Translations under genes and position numbers: made by a program | The notes under the pieces: generated by a model | The model's input: the letters and a program-made list of their open reading frames with translations, nothing else | Told to the model about the DNA's origin: nothing | The model's database searches: none | Origin: Polyangiaceae bacterium | GTDB taxonomy: Bacteria > Myxococcota_A > Polyangia > Polyangiales > Polyangiaceae | Length of the DNA: 36,532 nucleotides | NCBI GenBank assembly: GCA_035063585.1 | Contig: JAPSGB010000043.1 | Span: 1-36,532 of the forward strand | Direction: 5' to 3' | Shown here: in pieces, positions 17,332 to 24,859 of the stretch | Numbering within the stretch: the first letter of the stretch is position 1 | Layout of the letters: the number at the start of each line of letters is the position of its first letter

Positions 17332-18492
17332 TCAGCCCGGGGTGCCGATCTTCTTCAGGGCCTCGAGGAGGTTCGAGCCGGTGTCCATGAGGCCGTCCTT
17401 CTCGCGACCGGGCGTCTTGTCCCCGCGCAGCGTGGTCTCGAGATCGCTCACCTCGCGGCGCAGCTTGATGATCACGTCGGACGAGCACACCGAGTTCTGC
17501 GAGCTCGGATCGACCGGGATGATCGACGGATCGCCCGAGCCCATCGGGGCGCCGCTCGTGTAGCGCTTGAGATCGTAGGATTTGCCGCCGTCCGTGATCT
17601 TGAACGTGTTCGGCCAGGCGTAGGCGACCTCCTTGCCGTCCTTGTCCTTCACCTTGGTGTCGCTCTTCGTGAGAAACGGCTCGGGGAGCGGTTGCATCAC
17701 CGCCCACGGACCCAGCGGGCCGTTGGCGACGTACACCGACCAGCGGACCTTCGGCTTCTCTTGCTGCGAGAGGAAGTCCTCGATGGCGGGCTTGGCGCCG
17801 CCGAGCAGCCCGACGATGCGATCCTTGCCGTCGTTCGCCTCCTGGGCGCCGCTCGCGAAGGAGACCAGCATCGCGACCAGACTAGGCGGAAAACGCCCGA
17901 GGCTGCCGTTCACGAGGGAGAGGCCGTCGAACGGGATGTTGAGCCCGCCGAGCGCCTTCACCTCTTCCTCGGGGAACTTGTTGTCGGAGAGCTTACCGGT
18001 GGCCGCCTTCAGGATGTCGGCGAGCTTCTGCACGTCCGCGTTGGCGTCATCCACCTTCTTGACCAGCGACTGCGCGAAGGCGAGCGCGGAGTCCGCTTGC
18101 TTGCCGCGCTCGTGCCCGCTGCCGAAGGCGAAGCCGACCAGGCCGCCCACCGCGGCCGTGACCGCCGCGAGCGCGATCACGCGCGAGCGCCCCTTCTTCT
18201 GGGCGGCCACCACCTCTTCGCTCATCTCGACCTTGATGGCCTGCGGTTCGTTGCGAACCGGCGCGGCGTCGGCGGAGATGGCGGCGTAGGGATCCGAGGC
18301 GTCGACCTTCGGCGCGGCGGGCCGCGAGGGGGCGGCGCCGAAGGGCGGGATCGGGATCCCCGCCGGCTTCGGGATGCCGGCGGGCTTCGGGATGCCGACC
18401 GGCGGCGGAACCGAGCCGCTGCCGGACGCGGTGGTGGTCTTCTTCCCGAGACGGGCCTTGAGATCGATCTTGGGCTTCTTTTCGTCAGCCAT
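17332..18492 (-). CDS. Hypothetical bitopic membrane protein (Lys/Pro-rich cytoplasmic N-terminus, single TM, large outer domain)
   Basis: MADEKKPKIDLKARLGKK, GIPKPA repeats, TM VIALAAVTAAVGGLVGFAFG; protein-like composition with strong GC3 bias. Confidence 0.85.
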   Translation of the reverse strand: MADEKKPKIDLKARLGKKTTTASGSGSVPPPVGIPKPAGIPKPAGIPIPPFGAAPSRPAAPKVDASDPYAAISADAAPVRNEPQAIKVEMSEEVVAAQKKGRSRVIALAAVTAAVGGLVGFAFGSGHERGKQADSALAFAQSLVKKVDDANADVQKLADILKAATGKLSDNKFPEEEVKALGGLNIPFDGLSLVNGSLGRFPPSLVAMLVSFASGAQEANDGKDRIVGLLGGAKPAIEDFLSQQEKPKVRWSVYVANGPLGPWAVMQPLPEPFLTKSDTKVKDKDGKEVAYAWPNTFKITDGGKSYDLKRYTSGAPMGSGDPSIIPVDPSSQNSVCSSDVIIKLRREVSDLETTLRGDKTPGREKDGLMDTGSNLLEALKKIGTPG

Positions 18493-18740
18493 CGAGAGCT
18501 CGCCGGAGGGGGTTGAGTGACACTCGTGCGAGGTGCGAGTGACAGGCGCCCGGCGGCTGCGGCACACTACCGGGCGACCTCCCCGCCGGCAAGAATGAAT
18601 CGTCGCGCGGCGCCGCGGAGCCCGCGAAACTCGCACGATCCGCGCGGCGCGCGGTCCTCCCCCGCCGCCGCCCGCGCGCGCGGAGCCGCGGAGGGGTGGA
18701 GCATGCTCGCTCCGAGGGGCTCCGCCGCACCCGGCGCGGC

Positions 18741-19049
18741 TCAGGCCGGCGCGAAGAGGAAGCGGTCGAGGCGGCGGGTCGCGTCGCGGTCCATCGCCAT
18801 GAACTCGAACGCCTGCCGCTTGCCGTCCTTCCGCACCCGCCGGGCCCAGACCCAGATCCGCGGCTGGTCGTCGCAGAGCTGCAGCTCGAGCGGGAACGAG
18901 TCGGCGAGCTCGTCGGGCTCACCGAAGACGTCGGCGAGCATCCCGCGCGGCGAGAGGTCGACGCTGCGGCAGAGGTACGGAGCGCCGTCCAGGTACTTGT
19001 TGAAGAAGACGTCGATGGGCTGACGGACGATGCGGCGGCGATCGGTCAT
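18741..19049 (-). CDS. Stand-alone PilZ domain protein
   Basis: RxxxR (RRIVR) and DxSxxG (DLSPRG) motifs; 102 aa. Confidence 0.85.
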   Translation of the reverse strand: MTDRRRIVRQPIDVFFNKYLDGAPYLCRSVDLSPRGMLADVFGEPDELADSFPLELQLCDDQPRIWVWARRVRKDGKRQAFEFMAMDRDATRRLDRFLFAPA

Positions 19050-19137
19050 TTCGCGATCGTATCCGGGCGGCGCGGGCGCCCCCCAATTTTCGGGCGAGGG
19101 TTTGACCGGCCGGGCGCCGGGTGCGACCCTGCCGCCC

Positions 19138-19713
19138 GTGCCCCGCCGCGTCGTCGTGGTCGATAACTACGACTCGTTCACGTATAATCTCGTGCAATAT
19201 CTCGAGTCGCTCGGCGCGACCTGCGACGTGCGCCTGAACGACCGGACGACCGCCGCCGAGATCCGCGCGAGCTCGCCGGACGGCGTGCTCCTCTCGCCGG
19301 GCCCCGGCACCCCGGGCGACGCCGGCGTGACGCTCGAGGTGCTCGCCGCCCTCGCCGGGGAGCTCCCCATCTTCGGCGTGTGCCTCGGCCACCAGGCGCT
19401 GGCGGAGCACTTCGGCGGCCGCGTGGTCCGCGCCGGGCGGCTCATGCACGGAAAGACCTCTCCCATCCTGCACGACGGGCGCGGCGTGTTTTTCGGCCTC
19501 CCCTCCCCCTTCGAGGCGACCCGCTACCACTCGCTCATCGTGGAGCGCGAGTCGCTGCCCGACGCCCTCGAGCTCTCGGCGTGGACGGCGGAGGGCGAGA
19601 TCATGGGGCTCCGGCACCGCGAGCTCCGGGTCGAGGGGGTGCAGTTCCACCCCGAGTCGATCCTCACCGAGCACGGCGCGCGCCTCATGCAAAACTGGCT
19701 GGAGTCCCTGTGA
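19138..19713 (+). CDS. trpG: Anthranilate/aminodeoxychorismate synthase glutamine amidotransferase subunit
   Basis: DNYDSFTYNL, SPGPG, GVCLGHQ, MHGKTS, TRYHSL, QFHPES; coupled to trpD. Confidence 0.94.
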   Translation: MPRRVVVVDNYDSFTYNLVQYLESLGATCDVRLNDRTTAAEIRASSPDGVLLSPGPGTPGDAGVTLEVLAALAGELPIFGVCLGHQALAEHFGGRVVRAGRLMHGKTSPILHDGRGVFFGLPSPFEATRYHSLIVERESLPDALELSAWTAEGEIMGLRHRELRVEGVQFHPESILTEHGARLMQNWLESL

Positions 19714-20753
19714 CCGACGACGATCTCGTCCCGCGCTTCGCTGACGTGTACGCCGAGCTCTCGAGCCCGAGCGGCATCTCGCCCGCCACCGTGCGCCGAG
19801 TGTTCGACGCGATCCTCGCCGGCGCGTGGACGCCGGTGCAGGTCGCGGGCTTCGCGGTCGCGCTCCGCGGCGCGGGCGAGACCGCGCCGGTCATCGCGGC
19901 CGCGGTCGAGTCGATGCGCGCGGCGATGGTCCCCGTCGAGCACGGGCTCGCGCGCGTGCTCGACACCTGTGGCACCGGCGGCGACGGGCTCGGCACGCTG
20001 AACCTGTCGACCGGCGCGGCCATCATCGCGGCGAGCGCGGGCGTGCCGGTCGCCAAGCACGGCAACCGCGCGGTCTCGAGCCGCTCGGGCAGCGCGGACG
20101 TGCTCGAGGCGCTCGGCGTGGCGGTGGACACCCCGGCGGGGGCCGCGGCGGAGGTGCTCCGCGAGACGAACATCGCGTTCCTGATGGCGCCGATGCACCA
20201 CCCGGCCATGCGACACGGCGGCGTCGCGCGGCGCGAGCTCGGCATCCGCACCGTGTTCAACGTGCTCGGGCCGCTCGCGAACCCCGCGCGCGCGACGCAC
20301 CAGCTGCTCGGAGCCTACGAGGACGCGCTCCGGCCGGTGCTCGCCGAGTCGCTCGCCGCGCTCGGGGTCACGCGCGCCTGGGTGGTCCGCGGGGCGGACG
20401 GCCTCGACGAGATCTCACCCTTCGGCGCCACGCGGGTGACCGAGCTCGCGGGCGGTCGGCTCACCGAGCACGTGATCGCGCCCGAGGATTTCGGCGTCCC
20501 GAAGAGCGCGCTCGGAGCGGTGGCGGGCGGCGACGCGGCCTACAACGCGCGCGCGCTCGAGCGGGTGCTGAGCGGCGAGCGCGCGCCCGCGACCGACGCC
20601 TTCGTGTTGAACGCCGCGGCGGCGCTGGTGGTCGCCGACGGGCTCGCGCCACGCGCCGCCGCCGACCGCGCGCGCGACGCGCTGGCGAGCGGGGCCGCCC
20701 GGCGCACCCTCGAGCAGTGGCGGCGCGCGGTCGCGCGGCGGCGCGCGCCATGA
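19710..20753 (+). CDS. trpD: Anthranilate phosphoribosyltransferase
   Basis: DTCGTGGDG, NLST, KHGNRAVSSRSGSADVLEALG, RTVFNVLGPLANP, DGLDEIS. Confidence 0.96.
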   Translation: MTDDDLVPRFADVYAELSSPSGISPATVRRVFDAILAGAWTPVQVAGFAVALRGAGETAPVIAAAVESMRAAMVPVEHGLARVLDTCGTGGDGLGTLNLSTGAAIIAASAGVPVAKHGNRAVSSRSGSADVLEALGVAVDTPAGAAAEVLRETNIAFLMAPMHHPAMRHGGVARRELGIRTVFNVLGPLANPARATHQLLGAYEDALRPVLAESLAALGVTRAWVVRGADGLDEISPFGATRVTELAGGRLTEHVIAPEDFGVPKSALGAVAGGDAAYNARALERVLSGERAPATDAFVLNAAAALVVADGLAPRAAADRARDALASGAARRTLEQWRRAVARRRAP

Positions 20754-21541
20754 GCCTGCTCGCGCGCATCCTCGCCGAGAAGGCGCGCGAGCTACCCGGG
20801 CTCCGCGCGCGACGCCTCCCCGCCCCGCCCCCCCGGCGCGCCGTCGAGCTCGGGCGCCGCGCGGGCGGGCCGCTCGCGCTCATCGCCGAGTTCAAGCGGC
20901 GGAGCCCGAGCGCGGGCGAGCTCTCTCGCGCGCTCTCGCTCGAGGAGCGCGTGGCGCGCTACGCACGCGGCGGCGCGCGCGCGGTGAGCGTGCTCACCGA
21001 CGGCGCGTTCTTCGGCGGGCGCTTCGAGGATCTCACGGCCGCCCGCGCCGCCGCGTGCGCCGAGGGCCGCGCGCTCCCCATCTTATGTAAGGACTTCATC
21101 ATCGACGAAGCCCAGCTCGACGCGGCCCGCGCCTTCGGCGCCGATCTCGCGCTCATCATCGTGCGCTGCCTCGCGCCGGCGCGGATCACACGGCTGGTCG
21201 GCGCCGCGCGCGAGCGCGGTCTCGAGCCGCTGGTCGAGGTCGTGACGGAGGACGAGGCCCGCCTCGCGCTCGACGCCGGCGCCCGGCTCATCGGCGTGAA
21301 CGCGCGCGACCTCGACACGCTCGCGCTCGACGCGGCCCGCGCAGCCGGCGTGCTCGCCCGGTTGCCCGCGCAGGTGGTGGCCGTGCACCTCTCCGGGCTC
21401 CGCACCCCGGCGGATCTCGCCCAGGTCGCCGGCGGCCGCGCCGAGGCCGCGCTGATCGGCGAGGCGCTCATGCGCGCCGACGATCCCGAACCGCTACTCG
21501 CCGCCATGGTGGCGGCCGCGCGTGGCCCGAGCGCGCCCTAG
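20750..21541 (+). CDS. trpC: Indole-3-glycerol phosphate synthase
   Basis: IAEFKRRSPS, SVLTD, LCKDFII, LVEV, GVNARDL, LIGEALM; ATGA overlap with trpD. Confidence 0.94.
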   Translation: MSLLARILAEKARELPGLRARRLPAPPPRRAVELGRRAGGPLALIAEFKRRSPSAGELSRALSLEERVARYARGGARAVSVLTDGAFFGGRFEDLTAARAAACAEGRALPILCKDFIIDEAQLDAARAFGADLALIIVRCLAPARITRLVGAARERGLEPLVEVVTEDEARLALDAGARLIGVNARDLDTLALDAARAAGVLARLPAQVVAVHLSGLRTPADLAQVAGGRAEAALIGEALMRADDPEPLLAAMVAAARGPSAP

Positions 21542-21545
21542 GGGT

Positions 21546-21571
21546 GCCGGTCCGGCGCGGCCGGCGGCGCG
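21546..21571 (-). repeat. Dispersed repeat copy 4; left arm of a 26-bp inverted repeat flanking xerD
   Basis: GCCGGTCCGGCGCGGCCGGCGGCGCG is the exact reverse complement of 22749-22774. Confidence 0.8.
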
Positions 21572-21610
21572 AAACTCGCCGCGCGCCGCGGCGCGCCGTA
21601 GGCTACCGGC

Positions 21611-22519
21611 GTGGGCATCGACACGCTCGTCGATCTCTATCTGGACCAGCTCCGCGTCGAGCGGGCGCTCGCGCCGAACACGGTGGAGGCCTACGCTCGC
21701 GACTTGGCGAAGTTCGCCGCGTTCGCCGACGAGCGCGGGGTCACCACGCCGCGCGAGCTCGATCTCGGCCTGGTGAGCGGCTGGCTCGGCGGGCTCGCCA
21801 AGAGCGGGCTCGGCGCGCGGAGCGCCGCGCGGCATCAGTCCGCCGTCCACGGCTTCGTGCGCTTCCTCATCCGCGAGGGCGAGCTCGACGACGATCCGAT
21901 GACGCAGGCCGCGCGGCCGCGCATCGGGCGCAAGCTCCCCCACGTCATCGAGGCGCACGACATGCTGCGGCTCATCGACACCCCCGACGCGAGCACGCTC
22001 CGAGGGCTCCGCGATCGCGCGATGCTCGCGCTCGCTTACGCGGCGGGGCTGCGGGTGAGCGAGCTGGTCGGGCTCGGCCGCGGTGACGTGGATCTCGAGC
22101 GCGGGGTGGTGGCCGCCTTCGGCAAGGGCGGCAAGCGACGGCTGGTGCCGGTCGGGGAGATCGCGCTCGACCACCTCACCGCGTACCTCGAGGCGCGGCG
22201 CGCGCGCGAGGAGGCGCGGCCCTCCGCGCGGCGCCCACCGAGCGCGGTGCTCTTCGAGTCGCCGCGCGGCGGCGCGCTCACCCGCCAGGCGTTCTGGAAG
22301 CTCACCGGCCGCTACGCGCGCGCGGCCGGTATCCGCGCGCACGTGCACCCGCACCAGCTCCGCCACTCGTTCGCGACCCACCTGCTCGCCGGCGGCGCCG
22401 ATCTCCGCATCGTGCAGGCGCTCCTCGGCCACGCCGACGTCGCGACCACCGAGATCTACACCCACGTCACCCGCGACCACGTCCGCCGAGCCTTCGAGCG
22501 CTCGCACCCCCGCGCCTGA
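21611..22519 (+). CDS. xerD: Site-specific tyrosine recombinase XerD
   Basis: NTVEAYARDL, RDRAML, GLRVSELV, GKGGKRRLVP, LTRQAFW, HQLRHSFATHLL, LLGHADVATTEIYTHV, terminal HPRA. Confidence 0.92.
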   Translation: MGIDTLVDLYLDQLRVERALAPNTVEAYARDLAKFAAFADERGVTTPRELDLGLVSGWLGGLAKSGLGARSAARHQSAVHGFVRFLIREGELDDDPMTQAARPRIGRKLPHVIEAHDMLRLIDTPDASTLRGLRDRAMLALAYAAGLRVSELVGLGRGDVDLERGVVAAFGKGGKRRLVPVGEIALDHLTAYLEARRAREEARPSARRPPSAVLFESPRGGALTRQAFWKLTGRYARAAGIRAHVHPHQLRHSFATHLLAGGADLRIVQALLGHADVATTEIYTHVTRDHVRRAFERSHPRA

Positions 22520-22638
22520 CCGCTCGGCCGCCGCCCCGGCGGTGTCGCGCGCGTCACCCGCGACCACGTCCGCCGAGCCTTCGAGCGCTCGCACCCCCGC
22601 GCCTGACCGCTCGGCCGCCGCCCCGGCGGTGTCGCGCG
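22465..22638 (+). repeat. Exact 87-bp tandem duplication spanning the xerD 3' end and downstream DNA
   Basis: 22465-22551 is identical to 22552-22638; the unit includes the codons for VTRDHVRRAFERSHPRA-stop. Confidence 0.95.
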
Positions 22639-22651
22639 CGCGACGCGCGAG

Positions 22652-22721
22652 TTGACCGCTCGGTCAACACATGACCAGCAGAATACACCAGTGACTTGTC
22701 GGCTATTGACCGATCGGTCAA
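22652..22721. promoter_or_regulatory. Pair of 16-bp palindromes TTGACCG-NN-CGGTCAA (putative TetR-family operators)
   Basis: TTGACCGCTCGGTCAA at 22652-22667 and TTGACCGATCGGTCAA at 22706-22721, 54 bp apart in an AT-richer intergenic patch. Confidence 0.65.
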
Positions 22722-22748
22722 CATCGCCGGCGCGCCGGCCCGGGCGTC

Positions 22749-22779
22749 CGCGCCGCCGGCCGCGCCGGACCGGCCCCCT
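22749..22779 (+). repeat. Dispersed repeat copy 5; right arm of the inverted repeat flanking xerD
   Basis: CGCGCCGCCGGCCGCGCCGGACCGGC (22749-22774); 22752-22779 is 25/28 identical to copy 1. Confidence 0.8.
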
Positions 22780-22826
22780 CCCGGGAACCTGGCGATATGG
22801 GCGGATTCCTGTGCTAGACGCGACCC

Positions 22827-23642
22827 GTGTACTTCACGGTGCGAGAGCCCGAGGGCGCGGAGACGGCGGTGGTCGTCGAGGTGCCGCACGCAGGCCTCGG
22901 GGCTGACGCCGAGGCGCTCGGCACGCTCGCCGCGCCTGCGCACGCGCTGGCGCGCGACGCGGACCTCTACGTCGACGAGCTCTACGCCGACGCGCCGCTC
23001 GAGGGCGCGAGCCTCATCGTCGCGCGGGTGAGCCGCTACGTCTGCGACCTGAACCGCGCGGAGAGCGACGTGGACGCCCTCGCGGTGGAGGGTGCCGCGC
23101 ACGCGAACCTGCCGCACGGGCTCGTGTGGCGCACCACCACCGAGGACGCCCCCGCGCTCACCGGGCCGCTCCCGCGCCACGAGCTCGAGCGGCGCCTCGA
23201 GCTCATCTACCGGCCCTACCACGCAGCGCTCCAGGCGCTCCTCGAGCGGAAGCGCCAGCGCTTCGGGTTCGCGATCCTGCTCGCGGGGCACTCCATGCCG
23301 AGCCGCGGCCGCGCCGGGCACACCGATCCGGGGCGCGAGCGGGCCGACGTGGTGCCGGGCAGCCGCGGGCGCACCTCGGCAGCGGCGCCGGTCATCGACG
23401 CGCCGGCGCGGCTCGCCGCCGAGCTCGGCTGGAGCGTCGCGCACGACGACCCGTACCGCGGCGGCTTCACCACGAGCCACTACGGGAGGCCCGAACACGG
23501 GGTGCACGCGGTGCAGGTCGAGCTCGCCCGCCGGCTCTACATGGACGAGCGGACCCTCGCCAGAGATCCGAAGCATTTCAGCGAGGTAGCGAGATATTGC
23601 CGGACCCTGGTGGCGACCCTCGGCGACCTCGCGCTAGCATGA
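22827..23642 (+). CDS. N-formylglutamate amidohydrolase family protein
   Basis: VEVPHAG, DADLYVDELY, SRYVCDLNR, YRPYHAAL, HSMPS, PYRGGFTT, HAVQVELARRLYMDE. Confidence 0.93.
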   Translation: MYFTVREPEGAETAVVVEVPHAGLGADAEALGTLAAPAHALARDADLYVDELYADAPLEGASLIVARVSRYVCDLNRAESDVDALAVEGAAHANLPHGLVWRTTTEDAPALTGPLPRHELERRLELIYRPYHAALQALLERKRQRFGFAILLAGHSMPSRGRAGHTDPGRERADVVPGSRGRTSAAAPVIDAPARLAAELGWSVAHDDPYRGGFTTSHYGRPEHGVHAVQVELARRLYMDERTLARDPKHFSEVARYCRTLVATLGDLALA

Positions 23643-23658
23643 GCCGCCCTCTCGGCTC

Positions 23659-24558
23659 ATGACTGCCCCCGAAGCCCGCGCCGTGCGCGCGTCGACGCCG
23701 ACCCCGCCCACGGCGGCGCTCGCGACCCCGAAGCCGATCCTGGCGTCGGAGATGCTCCGCGAGGAGCTCGCGCCGCTCGAACCCGGACGGAGCTCGTGCC
23801 GGCTGTGGCAGCTCGGCGCCGCGGCGGCGCTCTGCCTGCTCGGGCTCGCGCTGCGCTCGGGGCTCGGTCTTCCCGACGAGCCGACCGGCGGCGCCATGGT
23901 GGCGTTCTCGGCGGCGGGAGCCACCGCCACCGTGGCGCTCCTCCCCTTCCCGTACGCGCTCCGCGCGGCGATGGGCGTCCTCCTCGCCGGGGTGCTCGTC
24001 GCGCTCGGGCTCCGCGGCGCGGGGCCGCTCGCCGGGCTGACGGTGGACGGAAACCTCCCGCGCTCGGCGGCGCGGCTCGTCGCGCTCACCGTGGTCCCGG
24101 CCGCGCTGATGTTCCGGGCGCACTATCGCGCCTACCGCCGCGCGCGGCTGGTGCTCGCCGCGGCGCTCGCGCTCGCGCTGCCCTTCGTCGCGCTCGAGGG
24201 CGCGCTGCTCGTCGACGCCGACGCCGCGTTCATCCCGCGGGCCGCGGCCGCCGCGGCCATCGCGGCGGTGGCGAGCGGCCTGCTCGGCTTCATGGGCGAA
24301 GGGACGACCGGTCTCGCCTCGGCCTGGGCGGTCCTCATCCTGGTCGCGCTTCCCGCGGAGCTCGCGGCGCGGGAGCTCACGCCGCTCGCCGACGCAGCGA
24401 CCGGCCGGCTGACCTATCTCATGACCGCCGGTGGCGTCCTGGCCACCGGGCTCCTCGCCAGCTTCGGGCTCTTTCAGCTCGCGGCCACCGCGCTCGCCCG
24501 AGACGCCCGCCGCGCCGCGGAGCCCCTGAGCCGGCCCCGGAGCGAGGAGAGAGCTTGA
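23659..24558 (+). CDS. Hypothetical multi-pass membrane protein
   Basis: About 7-8 hydrophobic segments; fills the gap between neighbouring genes. Confidence 0.75.
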   Translation: MTAPEARAVRASTPTPPTAALATPKPILASEMLREELAPLEPGRSSCRLWQLGAAAALCLLGLALRSGLGLPDEPTGGAMVAFSAAGATATVALLPFPYALRAAMGVLLAGVLVALGLRGAGPLAGLTVDGNLPRSAARLVALTVVPAALMFRAHYRAYRRARLVLAAALALALPFVALEGALLVDADAAFIPRAAAAAAIAAVASGLLGFMGEGTTGLASAWAVLILVALPAELAARELTPLADAATGRLTYLMTAGGVLATGLLASFGLFQLAATALARDARRAAEPLSRPRSEERA

Positions 24559-24583
24559 AGGTCCGGGGGCGGTGCGCTAGGGT
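24555..24583 (+). promoter_or_regulatory. Putative sigma70-type promoter of rpmB
   Basis: TTGAAG-N17-TAGGGT, 13 nt before ATG 24597. Confidence 0.45.
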
Positions 24584-24596
24584 CCGCGCCCTCACG

Positions 24597-24821
24597 ATGG
24601 CCCGCAGCGAAATCACCGGTAAGCGCCGACACAGCGCACGCAACGTCTCCCACTCGAACATCAAGACGCCGCGCTGGCAGCACGTGAACGTGCAGCGCCG
24701 GCGGCTCTGGGTGCCGGAGCTCGGCCGCTTCGTCACCCTGCAAGTCACCACGAGCGACCTGCGGACGATCGACAAGATCGGTCTCCTCGCCTTCGCGAAG
24801 AAGCACGGCGCGAGCCTCTGA
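24597..24821 (+). CDS. rpmB: 50S ribosomal protein L28
   Basis: MARSEITGKRRHSARNVSHSNIKTPRWQHVNVQRRRLWVPELGRFVTLQVTTSDLRTIDKIGL; 74 aa (C-terminal part of track ORF 23796..24821). Confidence 0.95.
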   Translation: MARSEITGKRRHSARNVSHSNIKTPRWQHVNVQRRRLWVPELGRFVTLQVTTSDLRTIDKIGLLAFAKKHGASL

Positions 24822-24859
24822 GCGCGCGCCGCGCGGCGGCTCCCCTGAGCCCCTGCGCG

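Noticed and set aside
21611..22519. Phage or island integrase marking a mobile element
   Set aside because: The sequence has chromosomal XerD hallmarks (TRQAFW, terminal HPRA, ~300 aa) and both flanks are housekeeping genes; no cargo and no dif-like site seen.
22652..22723. Mini-CRISPR (18-nt palindromic repeat, 36-nt spacer, repeat)
   Set aside because: Only two units, the repeat is too short, the upstream partial matches are irregularly spaced, and there are no cas genes; an operator pair fits better.
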